Shown piece by piece: positions 30,167-38,767 of a DNA stretch of 64,000 nucleotides. The position numbers and the translations under genes are program-made. The notes beneath the pieces were generated by a model. It was given only the letters and a program-made list of their open reading frames with translations. It was not told the DNA's origin and ran no database searches. The DNA comes from Candidatus Multivoradales bacterium (GTDB lineage Bacteria; Acidobacteriota; Thermoanaerobaculia; Multivoradales; Multivoraceae): NCBI GenBank assembly GCA_965223325.1, contig CBDCWI010000001.1:1568001-1632000 (forward strand), in the 5' to 3' direction. Position 1 is the first letter of the stretch; the number at the start of each line of letters is the position of its first letter.

Positions 30167-31231
30167 AGGGGCACTGTTGAACGGAGGGGGATCGAGTCGC
30201 CCCGAGGGACTCTGTAGGAACCAGGCAGTTCAAGCAGAGGGCTCGGGTCTGCTTCATTCCCGCCCCAAGACTCCGACAGAAGGAACGCCCCGTGCCGTGA
30301 AAGCCGTGACTGGACCAGCCATGCAGCAACTCCCAACCTGGGCGCGATTCGCCCTCACGCTGGCCGCCATCGTTCTCTTGCCTCTCACGGGCATGTCCTC
30401 GGTGCATGCCAGCGACGACTTCGATCTCGACCCGACGATCCGCTTTTTCTTCCAGGCAGATGGCAACGATCGAGACCAGCTCCTGGAGATCATTCCAGCG
30501 CTAGGAGGCGAGATCCTCTTCGAGGAGAAGATGAGTAATCGTTTGATCCTCGCGCGAATCCCCCCGGAGCATTGGGGCCTGCTCCGCGATCTCGAGCGGG
30601 CCATGGACACCTTCTGGTTCCTCCTCGAGGACAGCAGAAACTGCTTGCCATACTCCGAGAAGTGCAGTGACCGCCCTGTCTTCGTGAGCGCCTATCCCGC
30701 CGAAGGAGCCAGTTGGGAGGATGTGGATGCGGTTGCCGAAGCCCTCGGCGGCACCGTGTGGGGCGGGCAGTACGAGATACTCGAAGCTTCCCTGAACGCA
30801 TTCGAAGCCTCCGACGTCGTTGCCGATAATGTTTCGCTCGAGTGCTACAGGTGCCCGCGTCCGATCGTCACGCCGCTCTTTCTGGGCCCGGGCCATCGCT
30901 TCGAGGCCGAGGCTACCTGGAAGTCGAAGCGGGGCAGTGGCACCGCCCAACCCCGAGAGGTCTCGGAAGACACCGGGGCTCTATGGTTCTTCAGCCCGTC
31001 AAACTACGACCTCTTCGTCAAGGTATTGCGCGGCTGCGACCTCAACGGCTACTGGTGGGTTCTCGTATCGGGGCTCACCGACGCCAAGGTCGACCTGCAA
31101 ATCCGGGACAGGATACATAACCGGTACCAGTCGTACGCTTCTCCTGGTGGAGAGCCGTTCGAACCTGTGTTCGACCTGGAAGCCTTCCCGTGTGGCGAGT
31201 GAAGGGGCACCGTTGAACGGAGGGAATCGAG
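29274..31231 (+). repeat. Direct duplication of about 920 bp (about 29274-30195 and 30313-31231)
   Basis: Shared from gaccagccatgc through tgaaggggcac(t/c)gttgaacggaggg.atcgagt; offset 1039 then 1036 (3-nt indel). Confidence 0.92.
30321..31202 (+). CDS. Secreted hypothetical protein, tandem copy 2
   Basis: Near-identical paralog of 29261-30166. Confidence 0.8.
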   Translation: MQQLPTWARFALTLAAIVLLPLTGMSSVHASDDFDLDPTIRFFFQADGNDRDQLLEIIPALGGEILFEEKMSNRLILARIPPEHWGLLRDLERAMDTFWFLLEDSRNCLPYSEKCSDRPVFVSAYPAEGASWEDVDAVAEALGGTVWGGQYEILEASLNAFEASDVVADNVSLECYRCPRPIVTPLFLGPGHRFEAEATWKSKRGSGTAQPREVSEDTGALWFFSPSNYDLFVKVLRGCDLNGYWWVLVSGLTDAKVDLQIRDRIHNRYQSYASPGGEPFEPVFDLEAFPCGE

Positions 31232-31301
31232 TAGCCCGGTTGGCTCGGCACCAGCCGACGTTCAGCGACTTCCGGCGAACGCGTCGACAACGACAGCTGA
31301 G

Positions 31302-32015
31302 TCAGCCGGCGCGCAACGAGCGGCGGCGGGCGCGGCGTTCTTTCCGGGATTCCGGTTTACGACCGCGGCCCTGAACGACGAGCCCGACCAGCGCCAACGC
31401 GCCAGCGGCCACCAGCGCCACTTCGCCGACCAGCGGTAGCGCGCGCACGATCAACACGGCGCCGATCAACGACGTCGCGACCACCAGCGCAAATCGGAAC
31501 ATCAGCCCCGACGCAAAAGCGCCGACCATGCCGCCAACCGCGATCAGAACGAGCGGCAGCCAGGCGGCCATGGCGGACTCCGCACCGGCTCCTGGGGCTG
31601 GGATCCCCGCCTCGGCGAGGGTCCTGAGAAGGAAAAGTGCCACCAGCGCGCCGGCCAGAAACCCGGCGACGCTGACCACCAGCCTCTGAAGAGCCAGGCA
31701 GAGGACCGCACAGGCCAGGCCGGCGATGAGCCCGAACCAGAGGGCTGGGTCGGCGAACGGCTCGACCGTGTCGCTACCGAGAACGATGCGCGACAGGCCC
31801 ATTTGCGAGGCCGCCCACCAACCGAGGGCGAAGCCACCGAAGGCGACCGCCAGCACCCACAGGCGGCGGCCGGCCATGACCAGCAGTCCACCAACAATGA
31901 GCAGCACGACCTGAGACGGCAACGCGTCGACCGAGCCCAGGAACGGTTCGAGCTGGTCGCGGACCGCGCCCCACGAAGTCTGGGCTGCGAGAGTGAGCTG
32001 CAAGAAGTCGGTCAT
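31302..32015 (-). CDS. Multi-pass membrane protein (DUF4203/TM7S3-like)
   Basis: Hydrophobic helices; GGLLVMAGRRLW..FGGFALG; VATSLIGAVLI. Confidence 0.65.
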   Translation of the reverse strand: MTDFLQLTLAAQTSWGAVRDQLEPFLGSVDALPSQVVLLIVGGLLVMAGRRLWVLAVAFGGFALGWWAASQMGLSRIVLGSDTVEPFADPALWFGLIAGLACAVLCLALQRLVVSVAGFLAGALVALFLLRTLAEAGIPAPGAGAESAMAAWLPLVLIAVGGMVGAFASGLMFRFALVVATSLIGAVLIVRALPLVGEVALVAAGALALVGLVVQGRGRKPESRKERRARRRSLRAG

Positions 32016-32047
32016 GTCATCGAGCCACGATTCAAGAAATGGCGGCC

Positions 32048-32081
32048 AAAAGGATAGGCCCGGCGGAAAACCACCGGGCCT
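32048..32081 (-). terminator. Putative intrinsic terminator
   Basis: aggcccggtgg-tttt-ccgccgggcct stem followed by atcctttt, downstream of the gene ending at 32126. Confidence 0.5.
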
Positions 32082-32125
32082 CGCGTTTCGTTGGCCAGAC
32101 TGCGAGGTCCAGCACCCGCAAAAGA

Positions 32126-32956
32126 CTACTCCTCGAGCAGCGCCTTGATCTCGGCAGGCGGCTCGAAGGCGCCTTCGGGAGCCGACTCGTAGTTGATTTC
32201 GGTGATGGTGTTCTTGATCTCCATTCCCATCATTTTCATCGTCTGGCCCATCGGCACCATGATGCCGTCGTGCTCCTCGTAGGGGTTGTTGATGATCGTG
32301 ACTTCGGCCTCGCCCATTTCGCTCACCTGGGTGGTGACCGTGCCCAGCACGAGAGACGATTCCTTGTCGTAGTAGCGCGTCTGCTTGGTGCCACCGGCAC
32401 CGACCAGGTTCACTTCGTAGGCCGCTTTGCCTTCCCATTCGGTCTCACCGACTGTCTCGCTCTCGGGATACGCGGTATCGAACTCGAGCTCAGCCCAATA
32501 GTTGGCTTCATCGGCGGCCTGGGCGAGCATGGTGCCCTCGAGCAGGGAGGCGCCCGTCATCGGGTTGACGCTCCAGCCAATCTCGCCGTTGTAGCCGTTG
32601 CTCATCGAGCCCATGCCGCCCATCTCGATGTTGGTCACGACGAGGTTGGGAGCCTGGGCGTGGATGACGAGATCGCCTGAAACACCCATCGCTGGCAACT
32701 CGAAGGTTCCCTTCATGTTGGTGCTGGGCTTGGCGCGCAGAGCGGCGGCACCGCCGACGGCCTCGACGTAGCGAGCGTTGAGCGCGCGCGGCGTGGGTAG
32801 GCCGTTGTCGCCCATCTCCTGGGTGTAGTCGGGGGCCTTGGCAACGTCGCCACCGCCACCGCCACCACCGCCTGTCGATGCGCAGCCAACGGTAAAGGTG
32901 AGAAGGGTGATCGATGCGAGGAGCACCAACAGCCTCGTTGCGGAAACTTTCTTCAT
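32126..32956 (-). CDS. Lipoprotein, LolA-like / outer-membrane lipoprotein-sorting-type fold (tentative)
   Basis: Lipobox TVGC followed by poly-Gly; YVEAVGG, GYNGEIGW, YYDKES..L. Confidence 0.6.
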   Translation of the reverse strand: MKKVSATRLLVLLASITLLTFTVGCASTGGGGGGGGDVAKAPDYTQEMGDNGLPTPRALNARYVEAVGGAAALRAKPSTNMKGTFELPAMGVSGDLVIHAQAPNLVVTNIEMGGMGSMSNGYNGEIGWSVNPMTGASLLEGTMLAQAADEANYWAELEFDTAYPESETVGETEWEGKAAYEVNLVGAGGTKQTRYYDKESSLVLGTVTTQVSEMGEAEVTIINNPYEEHDGIMVPMGQTMKMMGMEIKNTITEINYESAPEGAFEPPAEIKALLEE

Positions 32957-33192
32957 GATTTTCTCCTGATCACCGAGAGGCGGCAACCGCAAAGGGCTGG
33001 CGCGTCGCGATGCTGCAGTTTGTCGAACGGAAAACAAGCTCGAAGTGACTCCCTGCGTACGCAGGGGCGGCCCGGTTCATTCGCCGAGGTTTCCCAGAGA
33101 AAGCGAGCCCGCGAGTCATCGTTACGGGGAGCTGGAGCTACAGCCTACTGCAAGGGGCGGTACGGGGCCCAAAGTGGTCCCTGGTGCCGCTT

Positions 33193-34572
33193 TCAGGGGC
33201 TACTGTCAGGGCGGTTGAGAGCCGACTCGAGCCAGGCGAAGGCAGCGTCCAGGACCTCATCGCGGCCTCCCTCTAGACCTCGACGGGTGACCGGCACGAC
33301 ATCATCGGGCTCGACACCTAGACCCTCGACCCGTTGCCCGCTGGGGCGCTCGAAGTCAGCCATGGCATGGACCAGGACGTCGCCATTGGGCAGCCGTTCC
33401 ATGGTGGCGGGGAGGGCCGCGCCGGCCGTTCGAGTACCGATGATTCTGGCCCGCCCGAGATCCTGCATTCCAGCGGCGAAGATCTCTGACGTACTCGCGC
33501 TGGCCGCGTCGACGAGCACTGCGACCGGACCGTCGAACACTTCAATGCGCTCGCCGCTGGTCGTCACGAGGCGCGGGTTGACGTTGTACTCGAGGGTGTT
33601 CGTTCGCGCCAGCATGCTGCCCATCGAGATCTTCTCGTCGATGAAGTAGCCGGCAACGCCCATCACCAGGCCGGCGACTCCGCCGGGATTGCCGCGCAGG
33701 TCGATGACGACGGCAGAAGCCTCGGCTAGCCGCGGCGCATTCTCATCCAACAGGGTCGAAACCGGCATCATCCAGGTGTTGAAGCGCACCAGGGCCACTT
33801 TGGTCGGCTGCCCATCATCACCCACCGGACCATCGACGACCTCGAAGCGACGTCTGACCGGCTGCGGCGGCAGGTTGCCGAACCGCACCACTTCGAGGTC
33901 GGCAGGCAGTGACCGTGCGATCGAAAGGCTCTGGGTCTCACCGTCCTCTCCCGCTCTTTCGATCACCAGATCCAGAGTGCTGCCCTCCTCGCCGGCCATG
34001 AGCGCAGTGAGAACCTGGCGGGCGAACACGTCGATCGATCGCCCGCCGAGATGATCGTCGGTGCACTGCCACGCCAGTAGGGGGTCGAAACCCGAAAGGC
34101 CGACGAGGCGATCGCCCACTGTGAGACCCGCCTCTTCTGCGCCACCTCCGGGATCGAGGTGCGAGACCAGGACCTCGCCCTCGACGTTCAGGGCCTCGAA
34201 CCCGGGTGTTGCATGACCGGAGCTGACACCGGCCAGAAGCTCGTCCCAGGCGTTCTGGTCGCAGCTCTCCGGAAGCGGCGTCGCGCCGTCGTCGGCACTG
34301 GCAGGAATGATCGCGAAGTGCGACTGCCCAAGGCGTTCGATCATCGATTGCATCACCCGTCGGAGGGCGGCATCCGATTCGGCCGCACGCGCGAGTGGTC
34401 GCAGCTCATCCTTGATCGCCGGCCAATCGACGCCCCCGAAGTCGGGATCCCAATAGCGCTGGTCGACCAGCGACCAGGCGCGATCGAAAGTCTCGAGATT
34501 GCGCATCTCCCGCGCCTCGATGTCCTCGTCGGATAGCGCTTCTTCAGCTGCCTCCGACGCCGTGCTCACCAC
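33193..34572 (-). CDS. S41 family C-terminal processing peptidase with PDZ domain (true start probably further upstream)
   Basis: YWDPDFGGVDW, IDLRGNPGG, SASTSEIFA, IIGTRTAG, EGLGVEPD. Confidence 0.88.
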   Translation of the reverse strand: MVSTASEAAEEALSDEDIEAREMRNLETFDRAWSLVDQRYWDPDFGGVDWPAIKDELRPLARAAESDAALRRVMQSMIERLGQSHFAIIPASADDGATPLPESCDQNAWDELLAGVSSGHATPGFEALNVEGEVLVSHLDPGGGAEEAGLTVGDRLVGLSGFDPLLAWQCTDDHLGGRSIDVFARQVLTALMAGEEGSTLDLVIERAGEDGETQSLSIARSLPADLEVVRFGNLPPQPVRRRFEVVDGPVGDDGQPTKVALVRFNTWMMPVSTLLDENAPRLAEASAVVIDLRGNPGGVAGLVMGVAGYFIDEKISMGSMLARTNTLEYNVNPRLVTTSGERIEVFDGPVAVLVDAASASTSEIFAAGMQDLGRARIIGTRTAGAALPATMERLPNGDVLVHAMADFERPSGQRVEGLGVEPDDVVPVTRRGLEGGRDEVLDAAFAWLESALNRPDSSP

Positions 34573-34639
34573 CTGCGGCAGCGCAACGGAAGCGCAGGCG
34601 GCGAGGAGCAGGAGCGCGCTGAGGCTCTGACGGAGCGGT

Positions 34640-35533
34640 TCAGCGATCGTTGCGATAGCTGTCGAGCCCTATGGCGCTGCCAGGTTGACGAATGGCCAGT
34701 GCGCGCCACGCCTCTTGGTCGACCGGGCGCCCGTAACCGAAGCCGCTCGCCCTGAAACCGCCGTACCAGAGGCCGGGAGTGGGAAGTCGCGGCACCGGTT
34801 CTTCCCGCTCGACTTCAGCCTGCTGTTCGAGAACATCGCGGATCAACTCGACCTGGGCGACTGCCACGTCAGCGGCGGTCGCTTGACCTCTATCGTTCGC
34901 CGCTCCGCCAGCCACCAAAGCGGGCTCGGGGGTGGCGGACTGTATGGACCGCTCGGCTTCGGCGACGCGCCGCCGCGCCTCGCTCCTGTCGAGCCATTCG
35001 CCGTCGTAGTGCACGAGCCCCTGGAGCCGCATCAGCACATCGTGGGCTACCCACTGGCCGCTTTCATGATCGCGCAGGTAATCGATTTTGGCCATCGCCG
35101 GCACCAGTGCCGGTGCACCGGGGTCGACCGCCGCCGCCCCGAGCACGCAGGCCCGTGCCTGCTCGGGGAGCTCGGCCTGCCAGGCCCAGTCGGCAAGTTC
35201 GAGCCAGGCCCCGGCGGTCGCCGACGTACGCGCTGCCAAAGCCGCGCGGCGGGTCTCGAACTCAGCCCGTGGGGTGGTCTTTCGCTCGACCCGCTCAATC
35301 CGCGACCAGGGAAGGGCGATCTCACCGATCTCGAGCTGGACGACCAGCCGATCGCCGCGCTCTTCGGTCAACACGTCCTCGAAGACCTGACCGTTGTTGA
35401 GGTAGACGTCGTCACCTGAGGCGGCACCCGCCAACAGAAAGGCCGGCGCGACCAGCCCCAGGAGCACCTTCACAGGAAGAGCCTTCACTGGAAGAACCTT
35501 CGCGGAGTTTGTCGACAATGGTGGGCGTGTCAT
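34640..35533 (-). CDS. Secreted hypothetical protein
   Basis: Signal-like N-terminus, DDVYLNNGQVFED, AWLELADWA, GLVHYDGEW. Confidence 0.6.
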   Translation of the reverse strand: MTRPPLSTNSAKVLPVKALPVKVLLGLVAPAFLLAGAASGDDVYLNNGQVFEDVLTEERGDRLVVQLEIGEIALPWSRIERVERKTTPRAEFETRRAALAARTSATAGAWLELADWAWQAELPEQARACVLGAAAVDPGAPALVPAMAKIDYLRDHESGQWVAHDVLMRLQGLVHYDGEWLDRSEARRRVAEAERSIQSATPEPALVAGGAANDRGQATAADVAVAQVELIRDVLEQQAEVEREEPVPRLPTPGLWYGGFRASGFGYGRPVDQEAWRALAIRQPGSAIGLDSYRNDR

Positions 35534-35575
35534 GGAAACACCTTGCCTTCGAAGGGTGGACTCTTCGCAACACAC

Positions 35576-36859
35576 TCAGAACGAGTTCGATTCCGACGAG
35601 TCTACCCCGCCGGGTGGCCCAACCGGCGACACCCAGGGCGGTGGCAAGACGGCATCTGGATCGAGCCCCTGCCGGACCCGGCGAAGCAGCTCGGTATCAG
35701 AAGCAGCAGAATCCCCAGAAGCAGCAAAGCGTTCGGCACTTGATCCTTCCCCTTCACCGTGAATCAACAACCCCGAAACGCCGAGGCGCTCCAGGCAACC
35801 GAGGAGCTCGCCAGCTCGCGCAGCCGAAACCGAAAGCCACCCGCGACGCGCGGCTCCCTCCCACCGTCGGGTGGTCGCGATCGAACGGACCGCCTCATCG
35901 ATCTCGGGTTGACGAGCAACCGGTGCCACGACCCGAACGGTCGTGCGCCCGGTGCTGCGATCGACTGGTTGGGCATGACCACCAGCTCCCTCGAGTGAAA
36001 GGTTAGAAGCGCCCGCCCAGACCGCCGCCTCTTCTCGAGCCTCGAGGGCGCGCAGCTCGATCGAAGCGCCTTCTTCCCTGGCGTACTGCAAAACGGAATC
36101 GGCGAGGCGGTCGAGCCGCGGCCCGACTGCCGCCTCGAAGCCGCCAAGACGCGCGATCACCACGCCCGCTCCAGAAACACCATCAGATGCTGCATTGGAG
36201 GCAGGAAGCCACGCGAGGCCGTGCAGCTCGTGCGCCGACGAACCAACCGCACCGGTCGCCAACCCATCATGGATGATCGCACAGTGCGCGTCACTGGCCC
36301 TGATCTCGAGCGACGCCCACGCCCGCGGGCATGGGAACACCTTGAAGGTGGCCTCGGTCAAGACCGCTAGCGAGCCCACCGCACCGACCAACAGCTTGGG
36401 CAGGTCAAAGCCCGCCGCGTTCTTGACCACTCGACTCCCCGCGCGCGCCAGGCTGCCGGTGCCATCGACGAAGCCGATGCCGAGCAGAAAGTCGCGCATT
36501 CCGCCATAACGAATCGACCCTGGACCATCGGCCGCAGCGGCGATCGTGCCGCCAAGCGTTGCCCCCGAAGACACCAGGATCGGGTCGAAGGGCATGTACT
36601 GACCGTGCTCGGCGAGGGCATGCTGCAGCTGCCAGAGAGGCGTCGCCGCCCGTGCCGTGACCGTGTACTCCTCGGGGCGATACTCGAGAATGCCGGCCAG
36701 GTGCGAAAGATCGAGCGCCACTTCGTCAGCGCGAGCATGAGAAAGAGGTCGTTTCGAACCGCCCGCGCAGGGCCGCAAGTTCTGGCCCAGGCTCACCGCC
36801 TGTTGCACGGCCTCAACCAGAGTCGCGGCATCTTCAACTACCAGCGTCTCAGCGCTCAT
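35576..36859 (-). CDS. glcE: Glycolate oxidase FAD-binding subunit
   Basis: GILEYRPEEYTVTARAATP, ATLGGTIAA, RVVKNAAGFDLPKL; directly follows glcD. Confidence 0.85.
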   Translation of the reverse strand: MSAETLVVEDAATLVEAVQQAVSLGQNLRPCAGGSKRPLSHARADEVALDLSHLAGILEYRPEEYTVTARAATPLWQLQHALAEHGQYMPFDPILVSSGATLGGTIAAAADGPGSIRYGGMRDFLLGIGFVDGTGSLARAGSRVVKNAAGFDLPKLLVGAVGSLAVLTEATFKVFPCPRAWASLEIRASDAHCAIIHDGLATGAVGSSAHELHGLAWLPASNAASDGVSGAGVVIARLGGFEAAVGPRLDRLADSVLQYAREEGASIELRALEAREEAAVWAGASNLSLEGAGGHAQPVDRSTGRTTVRVVAPVARQPEIDEAVRSIATTRRWEGAARRGWLSVSAARAGELLGCLERLGVSGLLIHGEGEGSSAERFAASGDSAASDTELLRRVRQGLDPDAVLPPPWVSPVGPPGGVDSSESNSF

Positions 36860-36877
36860 CGGACGACGACCCTCCGG

Positions 36878-38317
36878 TTACTCACGCGAGATCACGCCAG
36901 CGCGCTCGAGCGGATGGGGCGAAACCGAAGTGAGCGCCGGCGCTTCGGACCCAGGCAGCATCTTGCCGCGGTTGGCCACACCCAGGGGGTCGATGGCATC
37001 GCGCAAGCGGAACATGACGTCGAGATCGGACTGTTCGAACATGTCTCCCATGTAGGGACGCTTCTCCACCCCCACTCCGTGCTCGCCAGTGATCGATCCA
37101 CCCAGGCGCACACACATCTTGAGAATCTCGCCGGCGAGTACCTCGGCGCGTTCGAGTTGGTCTCGCTGCGAGCCGTCGTAGAGGATCAGTGGGTGGAGGT
37201 TGCCATCCCCAGCGTGGAAGACATTCGCCACCCGGAGATCGTGCTCGCGCGACAGCCGTTCGACTTCCTCGAGCGCTTCACCCAGGCGACTGCGTGGCAC
37301 CACGCCGTCTTGCACGAGATAGTCGGGCGAAATGCGGCCGACGGCCGAGAACGCTCCCTTGCGCCCCTTCCAGATGCGCGCGCGCTCCGAAGCTGAGGTC
37401 GCCAGTCGCCATTCGACCGGGCCCGTTCTTCGGATCACTCGGTCGAGCTCGGCCGCTTCGGCCGCGACCTCTTCACGGGCGCCCTCGAGTTCGACCAGCA
37501 GAAGTGCGGCGCAATCGGGGTAGCCCGCATCGACAGCAGCCTCTGCGGCCTCGATGGCGAGCCGATCCATGATCTCCATCGCCGCCGGCAGAAGGCCGCT
37601 TCCGACGACCGCCGAAACGGCATCACCGGCGGCGGAGAGTGACCCGTACGCCGCCAGGACCGTGTGCACCGCCTCCGGACGAGGCAAAAGGCGGAGGGTG
37701 ATCTCGAGGGCGATGCCGAAGAGGCCCTCGCTCCCAACGAACAACCCGGGCAGATCGGGCCCCGGGCGCTGGCCGTCGGCTGACCCGATGTCGACCAGGG
37801 TGCCATCGGGGAGCACGACTTTCATCGCCAGCACGTGGTTACTGGTCATGCCATAGCGCAGACAGTGCGCGCCGCCGGAGTTGAAGGCGACATTGCCGCC
37901 AATCGTGCACACCGACTGCGACGACGGGTCGGGCGAGTAGTACAGTCCATGCGGCTCGGCACGCTCGCTCACTGCCAGGTTGACGACTCCCGGTTCCACC
38001 ACCGCGATCCTGCGACTGGGATCGAGCTCGAGAATGCGGTCGAGCTGGTTGAGCGCGATCACGACTCCGTCGGCCACCGGCAGTGAGCCTCCCGAGAGGC
38101 TCGTTCCCGCCCCACGTGCGACGAAGGGCATGCCCCGGCGATGGCAGAGGCGTACGGTTTCGATGACGTCCTGGGCAGTGCCTGCCATCACCACCACCCG
38201 GGGCTGCTCGCGAAAGGCGGTCAAGCCATCTGAGACGAAGGGCAGAAGCTGACCGCGTTGGGTCAGCACACGCGCTTTCGGGATCCGCTCGGCAAGCTCG
38301 CTCGAGAAGTCGGTCAC
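36878..38317 (-). CDS. glcD: Glycolate oxidase subunit GlcD (FAD-linked oxidase)
   Basis: [56 protein letters not shown]. Confidence 0.9.
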   Translation of the reverse strand: MTDFSSELAERIPKARVLTQRGQLLPFVSDGLTAFREQPRVVVMAGTAQDVIETVRLCHRRGMPFVARGAGTSLSGGSLPVADGVVIALNQLDRILELDPSRRIAVVEPGVVNLAVSERAEPHGLYYSPDPSSQSVCTIGGNVAFNSGGAHCLRYGMTSNHVLAMKVVLPDGTLVDIGSADGQRPGPDLPGLFVGSEGLFGIALEITLRLLPRPEAVHTVLAAYGSLSAAGDAVSAVVGSGLLPAAMEIMDRLAIEAAEAAVDAGYPDCAALLLVELEGAREEVAAEAAELDRVIRRTGPVEWRLATSASERARIWKGRKGAFSAVGRISPDYLVQDGVVPRSRLGEALEEVERLSREHDLRVANVFHAGDGNLHPLILYDGSQRDQLERAEVLAGEILKMCVRLGGSITGEHGVGVEKRPYMGDMFEQSDLDVMFRLRDAIDPLGVANRGKMLPGSEAPALTSVSPHPLERAGVISRE

Positions 38318-38767
38318 GTCGTCCTGGCTCGGAGATGTAGCTCGAAGATGGAAAGAGATTGAGGCCTCGTAAGCCCGCCGACCCTACCTGAAGGGCTTCA
38401 GCTGGAGCCGCCCAACAGGGCTGCCTTGTTTCTTTGGCTCTTTAACCATTTTTCAGAGAAAAACGAGTCAACAAGCTCTACGATTCCTGCGCTCGCGATC
38501 GAGCAGCAAGAACATGAACTAGACTCTGCGCATCCCTTTTCTTGATTTGCCTTGGCTTGTTTGGGTTCGCGTGAACGTTCCCTTTGGCTTCCCGTCGGGG
38601 AGTCGGCCCTTCTCCAGAAGGCCTGAGCCGTTACCTGAACGCCCTATCGCGCCTTAGTCCCTGTGCCCGATCCTTTTTCGGGGCACCCCATCGTTGCAGG
38701 ATCTCGCGTGGGACCGGAAGTCGGAAGTCTTCCGGTGACCGCGGAACCTCAGGAGGGTTTTTGCCCA

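Noticed and set aside
30166-30320. Integron attC sites between the duplicated genes (GTTGAAC)
   Set aside because: No matching RYYYAAC inverse core or attC-like hairpin, and no integrase in the window
29261-31202. DGR template/variable repeat pair served by the RT
   Set aside because: Differences are not adenine-specific (T/C and G/T changes, an indel, changes in both directions), both copies are full genes, and the RT is a maturase type
38681-38697. Sigma54 promoter upstream of pilY1 (GGCAC...TTGC)
   Set aside because: GG-to-GC spacing is 12 nt rather than the required 10
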